Shown here one piece after another: positions 9,362 to 18,488 of a stretch of 64,000 nucleotides of DNA; position 1 is the stretch's first letter; each line of letters starts with the position of its first letter. The notes beneath the pieces were generated by a model that had not been told where the DNA came from, searched no databases, and saw only the letters and a program-made list of their open reading frames with translations. A program made the translations under genes and the position numbers. The stretch is from a candidate division WOR-3 bacterium. GTDB lineage: Bacteria > Hydrothermota > 32-111. The stretch is from contig JBDRZU010000001.1 of NCBI GenBank assembly GCA_039804105.1, forward strand, positions 768,001 through 832,000, given 5' to 3'.

Positions 9362-10081
9362 TTACCTCAAAATTTTCACATCTCCCGCAAGAAAACTTTT
9401 TTTTCCTGAAGATGTTTCTAAAACTATGGAACCATCATCTTCAAATTCTAACACTCTACCCTCAAACACTTGCTCAGAAGATGTTATTCTTACACTTTTA
9501 CCGATCATACCACTTTCATTCAAAAAATTTGAAATCTTATGGTAATCTTTTACTTGAAATATATTCATCAAAACTGAAAAGAGAACATCTTCAAGTTTCA
9601 TTTTTTTCCCAGTTTGTAGATAAATTGAAGTTGCAATATTCTCAACACTTTCCGGGAAATAATCGTTGTTAACATTTATGCCAATTCCTGCAATGATAAA
9701 ATTATCAAAATACTCAAGTAGTATCCCTGATATTTTTTTATCCTTCACCAAAAGATCGTTAGGCCATCTATATGTTAAATCTTCTATCTCACTTTTAAGA
9801 TGGTTGTAAACTCCCATACAACATACGATTGAAAAAAATTGAGGAGAATATGTTAACCTTTTTGAATCATACGAAAAAGTGAAATAGAGTCCACCTTCAT
9901 CTGATTCCCATTTTCTATTGAATCTTCCATAACCTTTTGTCTGTGTTTTTGCAACGATCAAAAAATTTTTTTTACCCGATTTTAAAAGTTCTATACCCTT
10001 TAGATTTGTTGAATCCATAATATCAAAAAATATATAATCTTCGAAATCAAATGTTTTTTTTATTTTCAAAAAATCAAACAT
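9362..10081 (-). CDS. birA: Biotin-protein ligase (no N-terminal HTH)
   Basis: DSTN, QTKGYGRFNRKW, RWPND, KKISGIL, GIGINV. Confidence 0.93.
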   Translation of the reverse strand: MFDFLKIKKTFDFEDYIFFDIMDSTNLKGIELLKSGKKNFLIVAKTQTKGYGRFNRKWESDEGGLYFTFSYDSKRLTYSPQFFSIVCCMGVYNHLKSEIEDLTYRWPNDLLVKDKKISGILLEYFDNFIIAGIGINVNNDYFPESVENIATSIYLQTGKKMKLEDVLFSVLMNIFQVKDYHKISNFLNESGMIGKSVRITSSEQVFEGRVLEFEDDGSIVLETSSGKKSFLAGDVKILR

Positions 10082-10922
10082 TTTCCACCTTCATACTTAT
10101 ATCGAGAGCTTTTGCTGAGTGTGTTATTTTGCCAATAGAGATAAAATCAGGATATTTCTGGGCATAACTTTCCACATTTTTTTCATCTATGTTTCCTGAC
10201 ACTTCAACTTCACATCTTTTATTGATTATTTTTATAGATTTTTCAATATCTTCGGGTGACATATTGTCAAGAAGAATTCTATCAACTGGGTAATTTAAAA
10301 CCTTTTCAATCTCTTCAACATCTCTTACCTCAACTATGATCTTTTTGTCTGGATATTTATTTTTCATCCTTTGAGTTACGGTGAAATCATCTTTCATAAA
10401 AGTAATGTGATTGTCCTTTATCATTATTTGATCATAAAGATCAAATCTATGGTTAACACCACCACCACATAAAACAGCATACTTTTCAAGGGGTCTTAAA
10501 CCGGGAACAGTTTTTCTCGTATCAAGTATTTTCACATTATATTTTTCAACAAGTTTTACAAATTTGTTAGTGTATGTTGCAACACCTGAAAGATGTTGCA
10601 CAAAATTGAGTATAGTTCTTTCAGAAGAGAGTATCCCTCTCAACTTCCCTTTAATTTTTGCAAGTTTTTCCCCCTTTTTGATAAGATTTCCATCCTCTGA
10701 AAAATATTCAACAACATAGACGCCAAAATTTTGAAGAACAACTTCTGCAATCTGTATACCTGAAAGAATACCCGTTTCTTTTGCAATTATGTTTGCAACA
10801 CCTTCGCTTTCTTCAGGTATGCACATCTGTGTTGTTATATCTGTAAATGCCTTATCCTCTTTTATCGCTTCCATGACAATGGATTCGATATTCGCTCTAT
10901 CGACAATTTTAAAAATGTTCAC
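10074..10922 (-). CDS. nadC: Nicotinate-nucleotide pyrophosphorylase (quinolinate phosphoribosyltransferase)
   Basis: LDTRKTVPG, NHRFDL, IKDNH, ILLDN; start placed at GTG 10922 behind an AAAGGGG RBS. Confidence 0.95.
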   Translation of the reverse strand: MNIFKIVDRANIESIVMEAIKEDKAFTDITTQMCIPEESEGVANIIAKETGILSGIQIAEVVLQNFGVYVVEYFSEDGNLIKKGEKLAKIKGKLRGILSSERTILNFVQHLSGVATYTNKFVKLVEKYNVKILDTRKTVPGLRPLEKYAVLCGGGVNHRFDLYDQIMIKDNHITFMKDDFTVTQRMKNKYPDKKIIVEVRDVEEIEKVLNYPVDRILLDNMSPEDIEKSIKIINKRCEVEVSGNIDEKNVESYAQKYPDFISIGKITHSAKALDISMKVENV

Positions 10923-11601
10923 AGAACACCCCCTTTTCATCAATCGTAAAATAACTTCCCTTGCTTCTAAAATCTGCCAGAGAATAAATTTTACGATCAT
11001 CTGAAACAAAATCTATATGGTAATGTGCAATAACGATTTTCTGAAAATCTTCACCAAAATTTTCTCTTACACTTTTTTCGATCGATTTGACTTTTTTTTC
11101 TTTCTCTTGAATCCTCATATCGCAAAGATCTGAAACAAAGATACCTATACTGTATCCCAAACTCTCAGGCAGGAGAGAAAACATGAACCTATTTAAATTG
11201 TTCTTTAAAAAAGAATATATAAATTTTTTTAAAATTGTATCATTTTTGAAAATATGACCATGAGTTAAAAAGATTTTTTGGTTACCAAGTTCAAAACATA
11301 TCTGATCAACAACATCTTTACAACCTGTATATCTTTTTAACATTTCTCCTATAAATAAGTCATGGTTTCCTCTTACAATATATACATTATATTTTTTTGA
11401 AATTTCCTTCAAAAAATTTAGAAAATCCAAATTTTCTTTTTTATAAAATTTATTTTTGAACTCAAAAAAAAAATCAAATGTATCTCCTAGAAATATAACA
11501 TCTTTGAAATCATCTCTTTTCAAAACTTCTTTTATCCTATTAAAAAGATGATCATCACCTTTTCTATAATGAAGATCAGCAAACACAACTTTTTTTGTCA
11601 T
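10909..11601 (-). CDS. Calcineurin-like metallophosphoesterase, LpxH-like (UDP-2,3-diacylglucosamine hydrolase family)
   Basis: ADLH, LGDTFDFFFE, RGNHD, THGH, AHYH motifs; start uncertain (11601 or 11610). Confidence 0.65.
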   Translation of the reverse strand: MTKKVVFADLHYRKGDDHLFNRIKEVLKRDDFKDVIFLGDTFDFFFEFKNKFYKKENLDFLNFLKEISKKYNVYIVRGNHDLFIGEMLKRYTGCKDVVDQICFELGNQKIFLTHGHIFKNDTILKKFIYSFLKNNLNRFMFSLLPESLGYSIGIFVSDLCDMRIQEKEKKVKSIEKSVRENFGEDFQKIVIAHYHIDFVSDDRKIYSLADFRSKGSYFTIDEKGVFCEHF

Positions 11602-12484
11602 AACTTTCAAATATCCATTTTAAACTCTCTTCAATAGTATATTTATTCTTATAACCCGTTAAACTTTTGAAAAGATCACAGTTCCCAAAAAATTCTTCAG
11701 GTTCATTTTTCCTTAAAAGAGATTCATCAATCTGAAAATGAATTTTTTTTCCAGATATTTTTACAAGGTATTCTGCAATATCTTTTAAAAGAAAACTTTT
11801 ACCTGAACAGATATTATAAACACCTTTTTCAAGATCCATCGCGAGAGAGTAAGCGTAAACCATATCCCTTACATCGGTAAAATCTCTTTTTAAATTGAGA
11901 TTTCCGATTTTAACGATTCCACTATCTGATTCAATTATCTTTTTTATTAAAGAAGGAATAAAAAAATTCTCATTCTGTCCAACACCTATATGGTTGAACG
12001 CCCTTATGATAACATAATTCAATCCAAATTTCTCATAACTTTTTATAATCTCTTCACAAATCTTCTTTGAAATCGAATATGGGTTCTGCGGATTCAACGG
12101 ATGTTTTTCATCTATCGGTAAATATACAGGTTTTCCGTAGACATCTGAAGTTGAAATGAATAAAAACTTTGTTTTTCTCTGATTCAACCTTAAAGATTCT
12201 ATTATGTTCAAAGTTGAATTTGTATTTACAAAATATGTAAGATAAGGATCATTTAAAGAAACTTTTGTTGATGACTGGCCAGCAAGATGAAAAATATAAT
12301 CATATTCATTTTTTTCGAAAAAATCGAACACTCCCTTTTTATCAGTTAAATCGAGTTTATATGATGGATATTCTAAAAATTTATCAACAAAGTATGTCCC
12401 TTCAACAAGGTATTTGTCCCTCAATACCTTATAAAGATATGATGCAACAAACCCCTCGGCACCTGTTATCAAAACTTTTTTCAT
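11576..12484 (-). CDS. GDP-mannose 4,6-dehydratase / GDP-4-keto-6-deoxy-D-mannose reductase-like SDR
   Basis: ITGAEGFV, HLAGQSS, YSISK (YxxxK), RAFNHIG, RDFTDVRD. Confidence 0.8.
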   Translation of the reverse strand: MKKVLITGAEGFVASYLYKVLRDKYLVEGTYFVDKFLEYPSYKLDLTDKKGVFDFFEKNEYDYIFHLAGQSSTKVSLNDPYLTYFVNTNSTLNIIESLRLNQRKTKFLFISTSDVYGKPVYLPIDEKHPLNPQNPYSISKKICEEIIKSYEKFGLNYVIIRAFNHIGVGQNENFFIPSLIKKIIESDSGIVKIGNLNLKRDFTDVRDMVYAYSLAMDLEKGVYNICSGKSFLLKDIAEYLVKISGKKIHFQIDESLLRKNEPEEFFGNCDLFKSLTGYKNKYTIEESLKWIFESYDKKSCVC

Positions 12485-13212
12485 AATCCCTCTTTCAGTC
12501 GATCTGCAAGTACTTTTGGCAATCTTTCTTCGTTTATCTTTTTCATAGCACTCTCTATATCATATTCGACCCGATGGAAATTGATTACCATATCATCTTT
12601 ATCAAAAACAACAAAAGACGCTCTGTTGTCTCCATCCCTTGGCTGTCCAACAGATCCAACATTGATAATGTATCTTGAATTGTCTTCAATTTTTATCGTT
12701 TCATTTTGAATTATTTTAACATCATCAAAATTTTTTTTGTAAACAACAGGTACATGTGTATGCCCTATAAAAAGTATTTTAAACTTATCATAAAAAAACT
12801 CATCTTCCGCCTCATATATTGAAGTTATATAGTTCCAATAAGAAGGATTCTGTAAATTCGAATGAGAGAATTTAAAATCCTGTATAGAAAAAGTGTATTC
12901 AAGTTTTTTTATTTTTTCAAAATGTTCTTTTTTGATAACCTTTCTCGTCCATAGAATAGCTTCCTTTGCAGAATAATTAAAAAATCGAATGTTCGTTTTT
13001 CCGATAACACCACATTCATGGTTTCCCAACACAACTTTATCCGTGAGTGAAAATATCTTTTCTAAACATTCGTTTGGTTGTGCACCATAACCTATTATAT
13101 CTCCAAGACAGATAACTTCTGGAAAAGGTTGATAATTTTTTTCAACAAAATTTATGACCGATTCCAGAGCATCATAGTTTGAATGTATATCAGAAAAAAT
13201 TAAAAATTTCAT
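12481..13212 (-). CDS. Metallophosphoesterase (YfcE/MJ0912-like)
   Basis: SDIHSN, LGDIIGYG, GNHE, GHTHVP, NVGSVGQPRD. Confidence 0.88.
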   Translation of the reverse strand: MKFLIFSDIHSNYDALESVINFVEKNYQPFPEVICLGDIIGYGAQPNECLEKIFSLTDKVVLGNHECGVIGKTNIRFFNYSAKEAILWTRKVIKKEHFEKIKKLEYTFSIQDFKFSHSNLQNPSYWNYITSIYEAEDEFFYDKFKILFIGHTHVPVVYKKNFDDVKIIQNETIKIEDNSRYIINVGSVGQPRDGDNRASFVVFDKDDMVINFHRVEYDIESAMKKINEERLPKVLADRLKEGL

Positions 13213-13640
13213 CTAAATTCAGGTAAATATTTTTCTTTGTTTTTTAAAATTTTATCGAGTATACCGTTGACGAATCCACCGGAATCTGAGGTTGAATAAA
13301 GTTTTGCTATCTCTATCGCTTCATCTATCGCAACTATATCCGGCACATTATCCTGAAGGAATATTTCAACGAGGGCAATCCTCAGAATGTTTTTGTCTAT
13401 TACAGCCATTCTATGTATCGACCAATTTTTTGTAACACCATCGATTATCTCGTTAAGTTTATCAAAAAAGAGGGTCACTTTTTTTATTACATTTAAACTG
13501 TACTCTTTTACATCATCGGTCAGGTTATCCTCAAGCTTGAAAACTTCATCTATAATGTTATCCAGATTAGAGAAATCATTTATCTCATAGATGTATAAAA
13601 CCTTTAAAGCGAGAATTCTTGCTTTTCTTCTTTTGCCCAC
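13209..13640 (-). CDS. nusB: Transcription antitermination factor NusB
   Basis: RRKARILAL, DKNILR, IDEAIEIAK, FVNGILD; follows ribH. Confidence 0.95.
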   Translation of the reverse strand: MGKRRKARILALKVLYIYEINDFSNLDNIIDEVFKLEDNLTDDVKEYSLNVIKKVTLFFDKLNEIIDGVTKNWSIHRMAVIDKNILRIALVEIFLQDNVPDIVAIDEAIEIAKLYSTSDSGGFVNGILDKILKNKEKYLPEFR

Positions 13641-13642
13641 AC

Positions 13643-14107
13643 TCAGATCCTTTTGTAAAGGTTTGCAAGTTCCAGAACAGTTTCTGCTGCATCGTATCCT
13701 TTGTTTCCAGATTTGGTTCCTGCTCTTTCGATTGCCTGATCTGTAGAATCTGCTGTAATTATACCAAAAGAGATAGGAATATCAACATCAAGATTCAGTT
13801 TTGCTATACCTTTTGAAACTTCTGCTGCAATATAATCAAAATGTGGAGTTTCACCTCTTATAACCGTTCCCAAACATATCACACCATTTAGATCTTTATT
13901 GTTTTTGATAACAATTTTAGTAACCTGAGGAATCTCAAAAGCACCGGGTGCAATGTAAATCTTTATATCCTTTTCCTCCACATTATGTCTTAAAAGACAA
14001 TCAACAGCACCATCGATCAAATTTTTTGAAATGAAATTGTTGAACCTTGAACACACTATTGCAAATCTCATTCCCTTTCCATCAAGTTTTCCTTCAAACT
14101 TTTCCAT
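13643..14107 (-). CDS. ribH: 6,7-dimethyl-8-ribityllumazine synthase
   Basis: SRFN, PGAFEIP, IRGETPHFDY, GNKG. Confidence 0.97.
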   Translation of the reverse strand: MEKFEGKLDGKGMRFAIVCSRFNNFISKNLIDGAVDCLLRHNVEEKDIKIYIAPGAFEIPQVTKIVIKNNKDLNGVICLGTVIRGETPHFDYIAAEVSKGIAKLNLDVDIPISFGIITADSTDQAIERAGTKSGNKGYDAAETVLELANLYKRI

Positions 14108-14115
14108 AAAACCTC

Positions 14116-15315
14116 CTATATGTTTTTTAACAGATGTCCAAGTTTTTTCTTTTTTGTTAAGAGATATTCAAAATTGTTCTCATTCGGCTGTATTTCAATT
14201 GGAACCCTTTCAACTATTTTGATTCCATAACCTTCAAGCCCAATTATCTTTTTTGGATTGTTTGTAAGTAACCTTATCGTTGTAAGACCAAGATCTTTTA
14301 AAATCTGTGCACCTATCCCATAATCTCTAAGATCAGCAGGAAATCCGAGTTTAATGTTCGCTTCAACAGTGTCATAGCCCTTTTCCTGCAGATGGTATGC
14401 TTTTATTTTATTCACAAGACCTATTCCTCTTCCTTCCTGTCTCAAATAGAGTAAAACACCTTCTTTCTCCTTTTCTATCATTTCAAGAGAACTTTCAAGT
14501 TGTTTCCCACAATCACATTTTTGTGAATGAAAGATATCTCCTGTAAAACATTCAGAGTGAACTCTCACAAGAACATTTTTTTTACCTTTAACATTTCCTT
14601 TTATCAAAGCAACATGTATATGGTTGTCAACATCGTTTGAATATAGTACTATTTTAAATTTACCAAAATCTGTTGGAAGTTTTGCTTCAACCTCTTTATG
14701 AACAAGTTTATCAATTTTACATCTGTATGAGATAAGATCTTTTATCGTTATAATCTTCATCTTAAACTTTTTTGCAATTTTCAAAAGTTTAGGTAACCTT
14801 GCCATCTTACCATCATCATCCATAATCTCACATAGAACACCTGCAGGTTTAAGTCCTGCCATCCTTGCAAGATCTGATACCGCTTCGGTGTGTCCTGCTC
14901 TTTTCAAAACACCACCCTTTTCAGCTTTGAGTGGAAAAACATGCCCTGGTTTTGCAAAATCTTCAGGTTTCGAATTATCATCTATTAGAAGTTTTATCGT
15001 GTGTGCTCTATCGTATGCAGATATTCCCGTATCTATACCCTCTTTAGCATCAACTGAAACTGTGAACTTCGTTCCATGTAATGCTGTATTATTCTCACAC
15101 ATAAGCCGCAGTCCCAACCTTGATAGCATCTCTTCAGTCATTGAAACACATATGAGTCCTCTTCCCTCCTTTGCCATAAAATTGATCTTCTCAGGTGTGA
15201 CAAGTTCTGCTGCCATTATAAAATCACCTTCATTCTCTCTATCCTCATCATCAACAACTATAACTATCTTACCATTTCTGATATCATCAATAGCATCTTC
15301 AATCCTACTAAACAT
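14116..15315 (-). CDS. ribBA: Bifunctional DHBP synthase / GTP cyclohydrolase II
   Basis: [38 protein letters not shown]. Confidence 0.97.
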   Translation of the reverse strand: MFSRIEDAIDDIRNGKIVIVVDDEDRENEGDFIMAAELVTPEKINFMAKEGRGLICVSMTEEMLSRLGLRLMCENNTALHGTKFTVSVDAKEGIDTGISAYDRAHTIKLLIDDNSKPEDFAKPGHVFPLKAEKGGVLKRAGHTEAVSDLARMAGLKPAGVLCEIMDDDGKMARLPKLLKIAKKFKMKIITIKDLISYRCKIDKLVHKEVEAKLPTDFGKFKIVLYSNDVDNHIHVALIKGNVKGKKNVLVRVHSECFTGDIFHSQKCDCGKQLESSLEMIEKEKEGVLLYLRQEGRGIGLVNKIKAYHLQEKGYDTVEANIKLGFPADLRDYGIGAQILKDLGLTTIRLLTNNPKKIIGLEGYGIKIVERVPIEIQPNENNFEYLLTKKKKLGHLLKNI

Positions 15316-15913
15316 TTTTTCTCTCCTTTAGAAATTTGTAAACATCCTTTGTTATCTGATTTATTTCAACATTAACTTTATCTCCAACCTTTAAATTTTT
15401 GAGATTGGTTATTTTGATCGTTTCAGGGATAATGTTTAAAACAAAAGAGTTTTCAAAAACATTTTTTATGGTTAAACTTATACCGTTAACACCTATCGAA
15501 TCGTTTTCAACAAGATATTTTCCATATTTTGAACCTATATCGATCTCAAATTCAATCTTGTTTTTGTTTGGTTTCGTTATCCTTCTCACATAACCTGTTG
15601 TATCAACATGGCCAAGGAGAATATGTCCACCAAGTTTATCATTCAATGTTAAAGATTTCTCAAGGTTGACTTCACTATTTTTTTTATAGAACCTGATGAT
15701 CGTTCGTTCAGCAGATTCAAATAAAGCATAGAATCTCAACAAATTCTTATCTATATGTTCAACAGTCAAGCAAACACCATCAACTGAGATCGAATCTCCA
15801 CAAAAAACATCCTTCAAAAAATCTTTTGAAACCTCAACAGTTAAAACATAGTCATCAGATTTTCTTTTCAAATCATAAATTTTTCCAGTTTCTTTTATGA
15901 TTCCTGTAAACAT
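15308..15913 (-). CDS. ribE: Riboflavin synthase
   Basis: MFTGII N-terminus, [16 protein letters not shown]. Confidence 0.96.
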   Translation of the reverse strand: MFTGIIKETGKIYDLKRKSDDYVLTVEVSKDFLKDVFCGDSISVDGVCLTVEHIDKNLLRFYALFESAERTIIRFYKKNSEVNLEKSLTLNDKLGGHILLGHVDTTGYVRRITKPNKNKIEFEIDIGSKYGKYLVENDSIGVNGISLTIKNVFENSFVLNIIPETIKITNLKNLKVGDKVNVEINQITKDVYKFLKERKNV

Positions 15914-16965
15914 ATATACCTCTTAAAAATATCTTCTCCAATTTTTTTTTCTTCAACCTGTTTGAATTTTTTGTCTTTTAAAATTTTCTCTATGTTAAAT
16001 TTTATACCACTTTTTAATTCTTTGAAAGATTTATAGATCCACACTTCATCAACAACATTATTTTTCAATGAATCTAAAAAAACACTCTTTCCACCTTCAA
16101 TGATCAAAGAAATTATTTTATACTCACACAATCGATTTTTCACAAAATCCCAACTTTCCTTTTTATTCTTTACGAATATGTACTTTATATCTTTTTTATC
16201 GCTTAAAACAGTTTTGAACTTTTTTGAAACTATTATTAATTTCAACCTTTTTTTATCTTTAAAAACATTTTTCGAATAATCAAGTTTGTTACTAAAATCA
16301 AGGATAATTATTTTTGGTTTATAATTTTTTTCAATATTCCTTGTATCAAGTAAAGGATCATCAACATTTATAGTGTTTGAACCAATAAGTATACCATCAA
16401 CAGTAAACCTTCTTTTATGAAGATCCCTTCTTGATTCAAAACATGTTATATACCTTTCAGGTGAGTTTTTGGAATATATAAAATTATCTTTAGATAATGC
16501 AATCTTTAAAATTGTATATGTTTTTTTACATGTAATATATTCTTTAAAATATGGATTTAAACTTTTTACTTCTTCCTCACAAACTCCCACATCAACATCG
16601 TAACCAGCATCCTTTAAAATTTTTATAGATCTTCCATTTACAGAAGGATTAGGATCCTTCATTCCAATCACGATCCTTTTGAATGGTATCTGTTTTATCG
16701 TTTCAACACAGGGTGGTGTTTTTCCCCAAACAGAACATGGTTCAAGTGTGACATATAGTGTGGAATCAGCGAGTGATACAGGGGAAGAATTTATCGCTTC
16801 GATCTCTGCATGTGGTTTCCCCGATCCCCTGTGATAACCCTTTGAAACAATTTTTCCATCTTTAACAATTACAGCACCAACAAGTGGATTCGGGGAAGTT
16901 TTCCCTTTCGCTTTCTGTGCTAACTTTATAGCTTTTCTTATAAACTTTTCATCTTCTCTTAACAT
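15895..16965 (-). CDS. ribD: Riboflavin biosynthesis deaminase/reductase RibD
   Basis: PNPLVGAV, HAE, TLEPC...PPC, IEGG; start placed at ATG 16965 because the upstream extension lies inside the riboswitch. Confidence 0.95.
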   Translation of the reverse strand: MLREDEKFIRKAIKLAQKAKGKTSPNPLVGAVIVKDGKIVSKGYHRGSGKPHAEIEAINSSPVSLADSTLYVTLEPCSVWGKTPPCVETIKQIPFKRIVIGMKDPNPSVNGRSIKILKDAGYDVDVGVCEEEVKSLNPYFKEYITCKKTYTILKIALSKDNFIYSKNSPERYITCFESRRDLHKRRFTVDGILIGSNTINVDDPLLDTRNIEKNYKPKIIILDFSNKLDYSKNVFKDKKRLKLIIVSKKFKTVLSDKKDIKYIFVKNKKESWDFVKNRLCEYKIISLIIEGGKSVFLDSLKNNVVDEVWIYKSFKELKSGIKFNIEKILKDKKFKQVEEKKIGEDIFKRYICLQES

Positions 16966-16989
16966 AAAAAACCCGATTTTACAATCGGG
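16966..16989 (-). terminator. Intrinsic terminator, expression platform of the FMN riboswitch
   Basis: CCCGAUU-GUAA-AAUCGGG followed by U6, immediately before the ribD AUG. Confidence 0.85.
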
Positions 16990-16998
16990 GCTTATAAC

Positions 16999-17102
16999 TC
17001 CTTCTTCCATCCTGACTTTACAGTCGGCACCGTAATTTCAACGGTTCTGCTTTCGCTCGCGGGCTTTACCGCCGATCGGGATTTTCACCCAGCCCCGAAG
17101 GA
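16999..17102 (-). promoter_or_regulatory. FMN (RFN) riboswitch aptamer
   Basis: UCCUUCGGGGCUGGGUGAAAAUCCCGAUCGGCGGUAAAGCCCGCGA...CCGACUGUAAAGUCAGGAUGGAAGAAGGA matches the RFN consensus; upstream of ribD. Confidence 0.96.
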
Positions 17103-17108
17103 AATATT

Positions 17109-17136
17109 ATTATAGTTTAAATTTATCATTAGTCAA
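17109..17136 (-). promoter_or_regulatory. Sigma-70 promoter of the rib operon
   Basis: TTGACT-N16-TATAAT, 6 nt before the aptamer. Confidence 0.75.
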
Positions 17137-17301
17137 TAAATATTTTATAAATCTTTCACAAAAATTATTAAACTTTTAAACCCTATCTTAAAAGAAGCAA
17201 TACGAATCAGAATATGTTAGAAAACTATATAAAATTTATTAAAATTTTCATTAATACTTTCAAATATACATTCTTTGATTGCAAAATTTCTTGTTAATTT
17301 C

Positions 17302-17329
17302 TTGACTTTTTTTGATATTCAATTATGAT
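17302..17329 (+). promoter_or_regulatory. Putative promoter of the GGDEF gene
   Basis: TTGACT-N16-TATGAT; implies the real start is ATG 17340. Confidence 0.5.
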
Positions 17330-17339
17330 TATTTTACAA

Positions 17340-18488
17340 ATGAAAGAAGATAAGGGGAATATTTTTTACACTGAATTCAACTATGATAAACTCTATTGGC
17401 TGATAAATATAAGGACTTTACTTTTAATCTGTTTAACAATAATTTTTTCAATTTTATCAATATTTAAAATCAAAATCAATAACACATTTTCATCAGAGTA
17501 TTTACTTTTATGGCATATAATAGCACTTGCAATCAATTTTTTACTATATATTGATCTAAAATATCTTCAAAACAATAAACACCTGATTATGAATGAGGAA
17601 AATTTTAAATATATTGGAATGATTCAAATAGATTTTGACATTCTTTATACGATAGTTACAATTTTTCTTTCAGGAGGAATAAAATCTCCACTTCTTTTTC
17701 TGTTCATTTACAACATAATCACATCAAACTTTTTGATTCAGGATAGAAATACTTTCTTTTATACTCTTATATTGATAGTACTTATTTTCATCTCAGAGTT
17801 CAGATTCAAATTCAAGGACACTTTCCCATACATAGAGTATAAAACTTTGGAAAAGTTTGAAAATATGGTGTTGATCTCACTCATATTTTTTTTCCTCTTT
17901 TACCTTTCAAAATATGTATCAGAAAAACTGAAACAAAAACAGGAAGAATTGAACAAACTCTATCAGGAAACATACAAATTATCTATAACTGATAGATTAA
18001 CAGGCCTTTACGATCAAACATATTTCAGAGTCAGTGCTTCAGATGCTATTGAAATCGCAAAAATCAATAACAACAAACTTGCAATAGTTATGTTTGATAT
18101 CGACAATTTTAAAGAGTTCAACGATACTAATGGACATCTTATGGGTTCAAGGGCATTGGTCCAGATAGCACAGATTATGAAAAAAACTTTCAGAAAAACT
18201 GATATCCTTGGTAAATATGGAGGAGATGAGTTTATAATACTCTTAAAAGATATCGATGAAAATTATATAACATTTGTTCTTGAGAGATTCAAAAGTCAAA
18301 TAGAAAATTTTAATTTTAATCCAGAAACATCAAAGGTCTCACATTTAACTATTTCCATAGGTGTTTCTTTTTTCCCAAAAGATGGAGATAACCTTGATAC
18401 ACTTATCGATAAAGCAGATAAAGCGTTATATACTGCAAAAAATTTAGGTAAAAATAATCTATTCATTTTTGATGATAGTAAAAAGTAG
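17340..18488 (+). CDS. Membrane diguanylate cyclase with PilS-like N-terminal TM domain
   Basis: About six TM segments, coiled coil, TDRLTGL, DIDNFK, NDTNGH, I-site RKTD and active site YGGDEF; start 17340 or 17325. Confidence 0.9.
   Translation: MKEDKGNIFYTEFNYDKLYWLINIRTLLLICLTIIFSILSIFKIKINNTFSSEYLLLWHIIALAINFLLYIDLKYLQNNKHLIMNEENFKYIGMIQIDFDILYTIVTIFLSGGIKSPLLFLFIYNIITSNFLIQDRNTFFYTLILIVLIFISEFRFKFKDTFPYIEYKTLEKFENMVLISLIFFFLFYLSKYVSEKLKQKQEELNKLYQETYKLSITDRLTGLYDQTYFRVSASDAIEIAKINNNKLAIVMFDIDNFKEFNDTNGHLMGSRALVQIAQIMKKTFRKTDILGKYGGDEFIILLKDIDENYITFVLERFKSQIENFNFNPETSKVSHLTISIGVSFFPKDGDNLDTLIDKADKALYTAKNLGKNNLFIFDDSKK

Noticed and set aside
16966..17010. In-frame upstream ATG extending RibD (MEEGVISPDCKIGFF)
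   Set aside because: This ATG is part of the conserved GGAUG of the FMN aptamer and the extension runs through the terminator; it has no SD
17137..17300. Longest unexplained intergenic stretch as a possible sRNA or c-di-GMP riboswitch
   Set aside because: It is very AT-rich with no stable hairpin or GEMM-like motif that I can see; most likely divergent promoter upstream DNA
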